Shown here piece after piece: positions 12,500-25,047 of a DNA stretch of 64,000 nt. The position numbers and the translations under genes are program-made. Each line of letters begins with the position of its first letter. The stretch's first letter is position 1. The DNA comes from Botryllus schlosseri (taxonomy: Eukaryota). The stretch is from contig CM119371.1 in NCBI GenBank assembly GCA_051294905.1, positions 26,476,001-26,540,000 of the forward strand, written 5' to 3'. The notes below the pieces were generated by a model. It was not told where the DNA came from. It did no database searches and saw only the letters and a list, made by a program, of their open reading frames with translations.

Positions 12500-13873
12500 A
12501 ATATGTTGCGTCATTCATTTTTATTCTTGAATTGGAGTAAGCCAATTAGTCCATAGTTGATACACAATGTTGCATAGTATGACAACGGACAAAATTTTAT
12601 ACTCCTTGATTCTTCCGATCAGTTGTTTAATATGAATACGATGTCTCGCCATCTTTCTTGTTGTGGAACAGTTTGGCCCTGACATTTGACGGTGTGTGGC
12701 AATCCTGTGCAGGAATATCAAAATCTAGATTTAATTTCTTGATTTCAGACTCAATGGCAAATCCCTTTTCTGCCATGGTAGCATCTCTTGGTGCACCATA
12801 GCTACATGTGAATAGTTCTCGCACAAATGTTAGTGCACCACAATACATCAATCCTTTTAAAGTTGTATGTAATTCATAGACAGAATGATATTGTGAATGT
12901 AATCGCAATGAGCACGGCGTTTTTTCTTAATCAGTTCAGTACAGTCAATAATCATTCTAGATTTAAGAATTCACGAATGAATGCAAATGGTGCATTTTTA
13001 AGAACCACATCTTTACATAGCCAAATCGAAATTTAATGAAGCAGTTACATACAGTTCACCTAAGGGTTTAACACTATGCTTACTATAATAATAGAAATTT
13101 GACTTCAGTAGGATAACTCGGGCAATTCAGAAAGAATTTATTGTAGTCCAGTATATAATTTCATCAGCTTCTCCACACCTTTTAACACTATGGTGCTCTG
13201 AGAGCTGAACTTCACTAGCAATAACTGTCCGTCAATTTGTAATTTTCCTGGACTAGTTTCCTGTTTTGTGCTTCTATACTTCTTCTAGAAATTTGATTTT
13301 CTTGCGCTTTATCCATCAACTTCCTCTTTCTGCAGCTTCATAAAAGATATCCATCAAGCCTGCACAAAATATATAATATGTTTATTGTTTAATTTATAGA
13401 GCAACACTGCTGTGCAGGCACCTATCAAGGCGTACTCATCCGACTCATGTCTACCGCTACCAATCTCATCAAATATCCATCTCATTATGGAATATATTGC
13501 TTTCAACAATTTCTATCCATTGCACACCATCAAGCACTGAAGCGGAATAATATGAGACACACATCAAGTCGATTGTGGCATCAACAACGAAAGCGGTGTG
13601 ACTGCATTTCAGTTTGAATTCATTTTGAAACGCAAAATTGTTTCTATCTAAATTATGTGACGATTCAATATTTTTGGTACAATAATACATACGTCATTTT
13701 ATTAATAAAATGAGAATTCAGATGGCTATAGGAAGTCCACATGCCTTTATCCAGATTTTACATTCTTTCGTGCATGTTATCGGCCATCGGGAAAAGTAGA
13801 AGCGCGCACCAGGAACGGTCTGGGTAGCAATCTCCAAGTTGCACAGGCTATTAGCACACTGTTTATGCGGCAT
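12500..13873 (-). pseudogene. Decayed THAP + DDE_Tnp_4 transposase (PIF/Harbinger, ISL2EU-like)
   Basis: THAP-like MPHKQCANSLC...CKIWIKACG, followed by LYTGL, RMIIDCTEL, HTTLKGL, MAEKGFAI...DIP and TRKMARHRIHIKQLIGRIKEYKIL. Many stops and frameshifts. Confidence 0.8.
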
Positions 13874-14048
13874 TTATCCTGATTGATTCAATACACGAGC
13901 TAGAGCAGAAAATGGCGATTTCAGCTGGGAACGGGTCATGTTCCCTAACATATATCATATTAATATGTTGATTATAGAATAAGCAGACAAGTGCCCAGTG
14001 TAACAGAAATTTGCTAAATAATGACACAGACTAGACTATACCATATAC

Positions 14049-14584
14049 CAGGGTTGTAACCAAGTCACAAGGCTCCGAGTCAGAAGTCAATCTCACTTTT
14101 ATAGTTTTGACTAGAGTCGTTTTTAATTCACCACCGAGTCAAGTCCAAGTCATCGAACAGAGGTTCGAGTCTGAGTCATGAGTCATGGTATTATGACTCG
14201 AGTCCAAGTCATTGTGCTGACTGCTCAGTTTTCAATTAAAGTCTTGTTAAACCCACTTTTATACCTCTGTTTGGTGATGTCGAATGGTTTCCATTTATAA
14301 TATACTAATTTTCCTCACTTTTAACAGTTTCTGGTCGCATTTTCAAGTACTATAGTACCAATAGACCGAATCCCAATATAGGTTGGTTACTTTACTATTC
14401 TTCGAAATTACAATGAAATGTCGGTCTTGGCCGTCTTGACTTGAGTCATATGACTTTGGTTCGAGTCATGCGCAATGTCTCGAGTCCAAGTCGAGTCAAG
14501 TCATTTCCGTATTTTGAGAAAATGACTCAAGTCATCAGAAAATCGTGACTCGAGACTGACTCGAGTCGAGTCATTACAATCCTG
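14049..14584. mobile_element. Non-autonomous hAT element, CAGGGTTGTAA-TIR with GAGTC arrays
   Basis: TIRs cagggttgtaa/ttacaatcctg with perfect TSD ccatatac. Confidence 0.9.
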
Positions 14585-15564
14585 CCATATACGATTCTAT
14601 AAATAAAACACATATAACACCGAGCACACATAATGAATACCCCACCTATCCTGCCTCAAGATTCCTCTAATATATGCTATTCGGTACGAAAATCTTATAG
14701 TATTGCACACGACTAAGGATAATACAGCAATAGTTGGTTCATCCGAGCGTTGTTAGAAATCCATTCATTTGGATATACCATGCTGATATGTGCTTGCCAC
14801 CATTCATGTTTATTCTAGGTTAGAACACTGTAAATACATACCAGCTATACGTTATTACCCTTCATCAAAGCCAGCTATTCCCAATTCAATGTCATTTTGC
14901 TAAATATCTTCATTTTTCAACCTTTCTCCATAAGAGCTCATTGTAAGTTTGCCGGGCTTGATCTTTGTTTACATCCTGCTGAGACCTGATTGGTCCGTGT
15001 CAAAGGTCACGTAAGTGTCTATTAGATTGGTTAATAACGCTGACACAAATCTCTCTGGCCGACCGATGGAAAGGAGAACAATCGATCCTCTCAATTCGAG
15101 AGCGATCGGTTTTTATACATCAAAGGTGCCGCCTCGCTGTAGTGTCAAAACGGTTGCGTTCACTTCTCTCCTGCACTTTATTCGCCTGGTTCGGCATTAA
15201 ATGTACACACTTTTGTTGACTGGGTCTCCCATTATTTCACATATACAAGGAATAAATCGCATGTAATGAATGTATTGTAACGACAGCAATGTCATTTCGA
15301 AGCCATTCTAGCCGATAATGACGAAGACAATCTGGATTTAGGAACACCGTTGTCATATACAGGCGCCGCCATGTCTGCTTCTCACTGATCAATCAACACA
15401 TGGTGCAATCCTTATTTAAGATTTCAAAGCGTTCGATTAGACCGGTAGGCTACCTCAAATTCATCACGATATCAATTCATTAGGGTTGAGTACATCGTAA
15501 ATGCCGATAATACAAGTCTTCTCGCTTCTACGCACTTGCACGTAAGCTCCACTCTCGCACACAT

Positions 15565-15915
15565 TCTCGGTACTGTCTATTCTCGGTAATGGTTTTCTCG
15601 GTATTGGTATACAAAGCCGCGCGGCCTTGGTTTGCCGAGATTCCCCACTACTTGCGTACTACTTCGGTTCTATACCAATACCAACAAAACCATTACCGAG
15701 AACGGCCAATGCCAAGAATCTAACTTACTGAGAATGCGTTGTGGAGAAATTTATATCTGAGAATCGACACCGAATGTGGCAAAGCTGTCATGCACATGCA
15801 CACGACCTGTATATATGCATAACATGCCTGCATTGCATACATTGCATTCTCGGTAGTGTCCATTGTCGGTAATGGCTTTCTCGGCAATGGTTTTCTCGGT
15901 ATTGACCGGACACCG
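15565..15915. repeat. Inverted and tandem TTCTCGGTA(A/T)TGG repeats, probable MITE remnant
   Basis: ctcggtaatggtttt...ggtattggtat pairs with ataccaatacc...aaaaccattaccgag. The motif array repeats at 15845-15910. Confidence 0.5.
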
Positions 15916-16128
15916 GCCGGCGGGCCACATTATCAACTAAGACGGGAAACTGTCCGCGGGCCGGATGCGCCCCGCGGGCCGTATGTTGCCCGCCCCTGAC
16001 TTACGGTATGGATAGAAGGTCCCGTTGCGGTAGGTTTGGCTGCGGTGCGGTCATTGTCGTGTAGACAGACCAGTGGTTCTTAACCGAGGGTTCGCGAAAC
16101 TTCTACGTTGCAACACGAATGAGCACTT

Positions 16129-16735
16129 TAGGAAATTTTTACCTAAAAAGGAAGATTTTGACGTATAAAGTCAAAATTCTGACATTTTTGACCTGAAAAG
16201 ACTAAATTTTGACCAAATTACGACGTAACGTATGTAAATTAGGTGTTTTCCCACACAATGTTAGAATTGCACTACTTCTCATAATTTCTGGTTCGAATTG
16301 TCTGTCCTTACGACGTAGTTCGACCCGAAAAAAATATTTTGACTCAAACATTGATAAATTTGGTCATGAGTAAACTTGATTTTAACGAAATCTTCACCTA
16401 TGAAGAATTCCAGTAGTTAAATTATGATAGAAATTATTAAAATCTGTTGTAGTACGGTACGTTGAGCACAACACCATGCCAACCCATTTGTTTTATTTGG
16501 ATGTTTATGATTCACAATGAGCAGACAATATGCCGTCTACAACGGCAGGCCTTAGGCTACAAGCTGTAAAATGTCGAATGATAAGTTCCCTGAAAGTGCA
16601 AAATCTACGATACAAACGCAATGCAGGTTGTAAAAGATTTTTGACTTTCTGGGCAATTTTGACATTTTTTGACCTAACTCACAATTTTGACCTATTTTGA
16701 CTTTTTGTGACATGTCAAAAACAAATTCCCTAATG
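16129..16735 (-). mobile_element. Deleted copy of the TAGGGCGA-TIR element family (GTCAAAA-rich ends)
   Basis: Inverse homology to both ends of 22703-24030 and 56666-57867. Confidence 0.7.
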
Positions 16736-19201
16736 ATCACCTAATTTTTGATATTTATATGCTAGCGTAGATTTTATGAAGCAGTTCTGCTTCAGAACTC
16801 CTTACACCCCATTACTGAGATCGTTGGAATGGCTGTATGACATGAAAAGTCATACAATTCAAAATCCATTAATTGCCTGTAGGCCAATGGAATAGATAGC
16901 GTTGTGGTAAAGCGTCAAATGAATAGCTTTTATTTCGACTTGTCATGCTCCCTGTCGTTCTCACTACACACTCACATATTACAAAACTTATATGAAATCC
17001 GCCACATCCTGATTACCCGACGAAAATGTAACGCACAAACGACTGATAAACGTTCATTTCAATGATAAATATATAAAATTTATGACATGAAATTACCTTC
17101 CACGTTCAACATGTCACCGAATTATCAGTTTCATTAGGTTAAATCAAGTTTGATAATGTGATAATAATTTCATCGGATTACGATGAATTGTGTGCAATGC
17201 TATGTCTTAGATATAGTCCACAAAACTGACATCAAACATTTGGGATAAAGTATTTGTCAATAACAATAAAGTATAGTCTGTCATTTATGTTCGCCATTTT
17301 ATACTGACATCAACAAAGCATGTCGTTGTAAAACATATATAACACTAAAGAAAGAAAGTGTATATTGGACGTCGAAATTGTTATTTAACTACAATTATGT
17401 TCATCATAATTTTTCGAAATTATATATATATAGGTCATCTTCACTTTCTTTTAGTATGACGTTTCATATGTAGTTCCTGCACTCTATCGTAATCTATCGT
17501 ACTAAATGCAACGAAACTCTACTGACTATATGAATATGATTCTCTCAACTTTTATTTTGAATTTTTCAATTTTCGTACTCATGAATATATTGTTCCATTT
17601 TATGATGCAGTCAATCATTTAAAAGCCAACAACATCAAATAAACGAGAACACATATTGATATTTTGGTAGCTATCTCATCGTACCACAGCAATAAGTTTT
17701 AGAATGTCTCCTTACATCAACTTGTGGCGGCGAAAGAACACGTCACAATTACCCGACTGGCGGAGTAGAAAGTAAAAAGGATATGGGAGTCGAATGCAAA
17801 AAAAACTAAAATCTACGATGTTTAAGTTCGAATATATTCATTACCCATACTGTATTCTTAATAAGCAGTAAATTACACATCGAAATTGATGTATTTCGAA
17901 ATATGAACATATGTGATTCAGAAATGCACTCACTGCCCATAAGACGAAGCGCACTGATTTTATTAATAAATATAGGTAAGATTATATTTAGTTTTATCTG
18001 ATCGAGATGTGACATGAATAAAAAAAGCCTCTAACTCGCTGCCGCGGGGTATCTGTGTTTCCAATTTCTTGGAGTATTTCAGAAGAAGTAATTCTCCAGA
18101 ATTTCTTTTTTAATTTCAAGTATACTCTGCGTAATTCACCACTTCATCAATGGTAATATGAGTGCGATACTCATTTTGGTTACATAATTGCAAATTGCAC
18201 AACAAAAATTAATATCATCAAATGGATCACGCACTGCATCATGCGTAGCATAACATGACATGAAACTGACATGAAACACTGTCATCTACTCTCTACATCT
18301 CAATTTTGTTTAATAATGAGAGAGTTGTGTAGCATCAGCTTTGGCGCATCTTCAACCCTTTGTTTACTCTCTGAAACACATAAAAAGCGGAATAAAGAAA
18401 TTTCCACATTGATATTACACATCTGGAAACTATGTGGACCATGGGCTCAATGCTCATTTACGTCATACTGGATGTAATAAAATGGTACTGTTCTCGAAAC
18501 TTGGATCATAGTCGTTGAATTTGCGAGTCTATTTGTGCAATCTGTTTTTAGCTCGTTATATCCAGGTTGTTAGTCGTGTTATGCCGGATCAACGGTGAAT
18601 TTAGTGAGCATTGTGCTGAATCTCGGTTTCATAATCAAATATTTAGCCTGTGACGTGAGATCGAAGACGGCTGAGCGACGAGCTGTATGGTTTGGTGCAT
18701 GTGGATGTCGCATGAGTGTCGAAGATCAAATATCGTAGTGCACATTGGTTTGTGTGATTTGCTTCGAATCTGACTAACGTAATTTTATTCGAAGCATCAA
18801 TTTACGGTGTCATATCAATACATCAAGTTATATGTGTCGTGTGGTGAATCAGCGAATTGTGACGTCATCTCTACACCTTGCTAAATTGTACACAAGATGC
18901 ATATTCACGGAATATCCTATTCAAATCCGACATTGCAACTATGGATAAGTGTGGCGAGGAGAAGAATTGTTGCGTAGTTCAAAAAGTCGAGTGTCAATTA
19001 TAAGTATTACTCGTTATCCAATTGTGGCCAGAAACAACGAGTTGGAAATTAGGTCACCGCATAAAAGTGGTCAAATTATCGAATTAGACTTATTTGTACT
19101 TGGAAGTGTATTTAACAGGAATTATGAATAGGTCTCCATTAGAGCATAAAGTAGTTTTATCAATATGGTGTAAGCAGAGAAGGGATTCGTATTTTGAAGG
19201 T

Positions 19202-19478
19202 TTGTTTGTTTTGTGGTATTCACGGTGTTTGTCGACTACTATGATCATTTACGCCAGGCCGAGATTCTTTTATTATTTTCCGTAACTGCCGACTTATAGC
19301 ACGGCCCATCTCAAGGCTTATTGTAAGACACCTCTTACGCGGATGAAATGACGAGGAGGACCCTAGGTAAACCCCCAACACTTAGGTATCGGAATTTAGA
19401 AGTCGACTTAGGTCGGACTCGAACCCGCAACCATTGGTGTTGCAGCCGCGGATTATACCACTGCGCTATCTCGTCACC
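19202..19478 (-). mobile_element. tRNA-derived SINE
   Basis: A and B boxes on the minus strand, (CAAA)n tail, 14-bp TSD cgtattttgaaggt. Confidence 0.9.
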
Positions 19479-19794
19479 CGTATTTTGAAGGTGATTTGAA
19501 ACGCAATTAAAAACATTAATGAAACAAATGAAAATCGTGAATATTTATTGTTTTTCGCTAATTCGTCGATCCCTACACACAGACCCAGACCCAATATTTC
19601 TATACTGTAGTTTGTGACTGGATTCATTTGAAAATCGGTCGACCAGGACATGAAGGAGAAGTTCCAATTTCAGAACTGTCAGAATTTGGGACATCCTACT
19701 CACCCTTCATAGTATGTGGAGTCTAGTTTCTTCCAAACGTCTTTAGGTCGCTCATACACTAAATGAGAAATTACAACGTATAAAATATTTATTA

Positions 19795-21805
19795 GTACGG
19801 TAATTTTTTTGACCTGACAAACGGAAGATTTTGAGCTAAAAATCAACTTTTTGACATTTTTCGACCTTAAAAAACTTACTTTTGACAAAAGTTTGCCATC
19901 ACGTATTACTTAGATTCATTTCTAGTTGAAGCTGTCAGTCCTTACGAAGTAGTTTGGTCTGAAAATACTTTTTTGACTTTTAAACTGACAAATATTCACG
20001 TGAAAAAACTTTATTTCAACGAAATTTGGACCTATGAAGAATTTCAGTAATTACATTACGCATTATGGTAGAAATAATTGAAATTTGTTGTAGAACAACA
20101 AAAGATACTTTCCTACATTGTCAGGTAAAAAGTCTCTGTCCGTACTAAGTAGCTTGCCAAGAATGCAGAAAGAACGTTCACCACCATCAGTTGTTAGCTG
20201 GCAACACTGGTGACACACCGTGTTGCTTCATTCTGACAATGTTGTCTACATCACAAATTTCCAGCATGCGCTTCTTGATATGAGAACCAATGCCTAATTG
20301 CCCACGCAGTCTTGCTTTAGTTAGGATAGTGAGGTACGTTGAGCCAAACACCATGTCACCATAGTTGTTTCATTTGACACTCTATGAGTAATAATGAGCA
20401 GACAATGGGGCGTCTACAACGGTAGGCCTATAACAGGGGTTCCCAACCTGTGGTACGCGTACCACTAGTGGTACGCGAAGGTCTTCCAGGTGGTACGCGA
20501 GTAGATTCTGTTTTTTTCGACGGAAGGGAGTTATTAGTTCAGGTGGACTAGTATTTCAATTAGTATGTGTTGGACTGTTGGTGGCCGTCGACATGAAAAT
20601 TGAATTTACGAATTTATTCCCAAATTTTTGGGAGATTTTGATTAACCTTGAAATTTTCTTCGCGCTGCGCGTGATCCAACGCGGCTTCATTTTTCGATTT
20701 TAGTGTAGTAGCTTTCTTTGCAACATGAGCACCACAATACAGATGTGAACAGCAATGAAAAATGATGAGCCCCATGTAGAAATACCAACTTGGAATCGTG
20801 TCTTCCTCACGAATGAAATTTGCTTCTATGTTGCGTTTGAGTGATTTCAATATCTTTCCAATATACCGCTAATCCTGATGGGAGGTCAAGAAATAACAGC
20901 ATGCAACAAAGTGACTTATTACAATTGGTCCACCCGAAGATACCTCATCATTTATTACTTGCCCTAAATTTTCGAAAACACAACTTCCATCAACTTTGCC
21001 TGGGAATCTCATCAAATTGGCCTTGAAAAGATAAATGTTTGATAGTAATTTGTGAAACTACGAATATTAATGACAAAATTCATGCGTGAATCTGAAAAAT
21101 TTTCGGTCGTAATCAAGAGTCCATTTATCATCTGACCACTCGCGATTTCGGTGCGTTTCGTAATCCGATATGAATAAACACGTTAGTCTAGAGCTCACTG
21201 AAAATGGACATGGACGTGGACGGTTTAAAATGGGTATTTGGCGTCCAGTTTGTTCAGTAAGAACTATGTCCTAGAATGCGGCCGTAGGCTAGGCCAACAT
21301 GACTACTCGAAATGTGGCCGTGAATAGCAAAAAGGGTGGCCACTCCTGTGCTACAGAAATCATATACCGCGCCTTATTTTCTGTTTCGTTGCCTTCGGCA
21401 GCTCAACACGATGGCAACGTTTTTATCCGCCTTCGGCTCGTGTATCTCATGTAGGTGATGGTACGCGAGCACTGCGTAAAACCTCAAAATGGTTCGCGGG
21501 TGAAAAAAGGTTGGGAACCACTGGCCTACGGTGTGCGTAAATTATGTAGGTGATACGCGAGCACTGCATAAAACCTCGAAGTGGTACGTGGTTGGAAAAA
21601 GGTTGGGAACCACTGGCCTATAAGGTAGGTTACAAGCTGTAAAATGCCAATTAATAAGTTCACCGTCGGCGCAAACATCTACGATACAAACGAAATGCAT
21701 TTTGCAAAAACCATTTGACTTTGTAAACAATTTTGACAGTTTTGTGATCTAACGCTGCAATTTTGACATAGTTTTGACTTTTTTTACACTTAAAAAATCG
21801 CCCAA
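19795..21805 (-). mobile_element. TAGGGCGA-TIR family element, interrupted by 20434-21615
   Basis: Inverse homology to 56666-57867 on both sides of the nested insertion. Confidence 0.75.
20434..21615 (+). mobile_element. hAT (Charlie-like) non-autonomous element with duplicated right end
   Basis: TIRs caggggttcccaacct/aggttgggaaccactg with perfect TSD gcctataa. A second, internal right end finishes at 21523. Confidence 0.88.
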
Positions 21806-22702
21806 TAGATTAGTATAACATGTCTGTATCCTATCTGGCACCCAACATATTTTGTAATACCTGAACCAATAATAGGATATGCATAATAACCACTTTAGTT
21901 ATCATTTGATGAAGATTTCCACCCATTCCTCGTTCTGACGGTTACTTTCCAAAACGATAAATTGGTATAATATTCGACAAATTACCGTCAAATCGAGGAT
22001 AGTAAATCTTGTTCGGAAGACGTTGTTTCATGCTTATAAACGTATATATACTGTTTCCATTTTAACAAGTATGATGTGGCATGAAACTAAAGCAAAAATA
22101 TGTCATGAACTCGTGTTAGGAATAGAACAGCCAGATGTAGTAGGAATCACTATACTTAACAACTGTCGCGAAATAGCTGAATAAAGGTAGTGATTACGTC
22201 GACAGTAATACCAGGGGGATTCGCAAATACAAAATATGGCTGGGAATGGATCATTCCTTCTAGCGATGCAGGTGCCCTCTTGTGCGGAACTAATTAGGCC
22301 TACGCTAAAATCAATACATGTATGTATATCGTACACTAATTAATCGTAATCAATATAGCAAATTGAATTAATCTAAGATTCACCTATTACGTGCATTATC
22401 AGTCAACCGCGTCATGCAGTGTACTGTATCAAAACGATTTCTATTCACAAATATTCGAGATGCAACTTGCTGTACGGGGATTACATATCCCTACAAAATG
22501 GCCGCGCTCTTACATTCAAAGCGGTGTATTTGAACTCTCACGATGCTATTCCTGATTGTATGATGCCTTTGTTATGCGATCTATGCTCAAGATTAGCTCT
22601 CCCTGTGAATGATGTGTTTCATACATATCAGATACAATTGTCCTTCAAAGCACATTAGACCAGCAAAATCCCTATCAAACCTGAAATGCTCAATGTCATC
22701 AT

Positions 22703-24030
22703 TAGGGCGATTTTTTGGACATGTCAAAAAAAGTCAAAATAAGGTCGAAATTTTAGCGTTAGGTCAAAAAATGTCAAAATTGTTTAGAAAGAAAAAAAAT
22801 TTTTGCAACCTGCATTTCGTTTGTATCGTTGATTTTGCACAATCAGTGAACTTATCGTCAGACAATTTACAGCTTGTAGCCTACTTTATAGGCCCACCGT
22901 TGCTAACGGCGCATTGTCAGCTCATTGTGAATCATAAACAGTCAAATGAAACAAATAGGTTGACACGGTGTTATGCTCAACGTACCGCGATATCCCAACG
23001 GAACCAAGACTGCATGGGCATTGCATGGTTCTTACAAAATTTGAGATGTGCACCAGAGTTGGATCAATTACAATATTTTAATTCAATTACAATGGCAATG
23101 ACAATTACTTCCTTGCATGTTTCAATTAGATTACAATTACAATAACTCTATGCTAAAAATATCAAATTACAATTACAATTACAATTACTGTTAAACATGT
23201 AATTAATTACAATTACAATTATAATTACAATTACAATTACTTTTAAACAGGTAATTGATTCAGTAAAGAGGTGTTCTTTGGCAACCGTAGCGACGTAATT
23301 AGCAACAATCTCAAGCTTTTCATGTTTCATTCCTGATATGTAGAATACCCTTTATTTAAGAAAAAACTCGAACGTATTTAAACTATTCCTAATCATGAGT
23401 ACTGAAAACTAAAAGCACAGAAAATTGTTTCAAGCGACTGTTAAGAACCAAAGGTTTGAGCGACTAACAGCGAATAGGCTACGGGACAGTCAATGAAATG
23501 TAATCAAACGATTAGGCTACTCAAATGTAATTGGTAAGGCGTCAGCGATAAGGATGATACCGATAAGGTGCGTAAAATTAGAATATATGCAAAAGGAAAG
23601 AACCTCCTGATAACTAAGAATTACAAAATTTAGGTTAGCATTTGCATTTTCACTTGCTCGGAAACTGTTGGATTGCTTTTGATGAACATTGGGGTGCGAA
23701 AAGTTTCTGGCCCCAGTAAATATGGCCAAGATAGTATGTCATTTACTGGAATTCATCATAGGGCAAGATTTTGTTATAATAATATTTTGCTATGTAAAAA
23801 TTTGTCAGTTTCTGAGTCAAAAATGCTCTTTTCAGGGAAAACTACTTCGTAAGGACAGACAGTTGAAACCAGAAATTAAGATATTCTAATATTTTTTGGG
23901 AAAACACCCTACTTGCACACGTTGGGTCAAAAGTTTGGTCGAAATATTAGTTTTTTAAGGTCGAAAAATGTCGAAATTTAGATTTTTTAGGTCAAAATCT
24001 TTCGTTTTTTAGGTCTAAAAAATCGCCCTA
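22703..24030 (+). mobile_element. TAGGGCGA-TIR family element with a nested AATTAC-array element end (23055-23260)
   Basis: TIRs tagggcgattttt/aaaaatcgcccta, TSD gtcatcat/gtaatcat (7/8). Confidence 0.85.
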
Positions 24031-24050
24031 GTAATCATACAGATCAAATT

Positions 24051-25047
24051 CTATAAATGAATATTTGGTCGAATATGTGATTGCGCAATGCGCAGTTTCA
24101 ACCTCATGTAACATGCAAAACTTGATTTCTCTTCGTTATCATAGTCCGTTTCATGCCGTTTCTTACTTTTTGAAATTTCTAGCAGAGAATGTCGATCATT
24201 TGCAAACCTCTGGACTTCTTTCACTTCGAAATCTTGCAACATATCACATCCCTGATAGTATATCAATGTTACTTTCTTTGGATTATAGTTTTTGACGAGA
24301 GACGAAATCTCGTCGAGTGAAACATGACCTCCATAGTCGAATATGCATCTGATATATTCCATCTGTGGTGGAAGATTATGAATATTTATTTCTTGTGATC
24401 ATGCTCACCGATATTATTGGCCTTTAGACCATGTGGCTTCAATTCTCCAGATAAAATTATTACTAGGAATTACGAATCCCGCAACTTCGTGGAATAGCTC
24501 GGGCAGCACCAAGATGTTGATTCATGAGCAGGAAACTTGTAATGTACGACAAAATATTCATAAAAAATGTGTAACAGATTAAATAGAGATAGAGATAGAG
24601 ATAGAGAGAAAGAGAGAAGGATTGGTACGTTCAAAATCTGAAAATAATTTCACATGATAAATATTACCTTGTTTCGCTCACAAGCTTGAATTATCTTTCT
24701 GAAGTCATCACCTCTCTTAACAAAGAACATCGCATGGACAGTGACGCGAAAATTAAAAGCACTTTTTTTTCTCAAACGCTTTAAAATATTTTTGATGTCG
24801 TCTGCAAATGTCTGGCCATTCACAGCAATATCCAAGATCTCCATCTTAATTCAGAAAAAGAGATTAAAAAACAGTCCCCCGTGGCTATTATGCGGTTGGA
24901 TTCCCAGTGAAATATATTTCTCAATATAAAAAAACATTCGAAAATATTTCGAAAAATGAGTCTGACCTCATAGTTTTTCGAGGACGTTTCAATCAACGAC
25001 CAATCGATGTGTTTCACCTCCGTGCAATCGAGCAATAACTTGCTTAT
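24051..25047 (-). CDS. NLR exons 10-12 (25047-24967, 24844-24668, terminal 24362-24051)
   Basis: Pyrimidine-rich acceptors (cttctatcctacag, ttttctgaattaag, cttccaccacag), donors GAG|GTCAGA and AAG|GTAATA. All are phase 0 with open frames, ending in a stop at 24051. Confidence 0.7.

Noticed and set aside
17800..18400. Relic exons of a paralogous NLR C-terminus (e.g. YRTHITIDEVVNY vs YGGHVSLDEISSL)
   Set aside because: The similarity is too weak and fragmented to support by eye. A tBLASTn with the assembled NLR would decide it.
22609..23145. 178-aa ORF
   Set aside because: Runs through MITE sequence and the frame is not kept in sister copies.
24405..24540. Additional exon before the terminal NLR exon (GTGAGC donor near 24408)
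   Set aside because: All frames contain stops between candidate acceptors and this donor.
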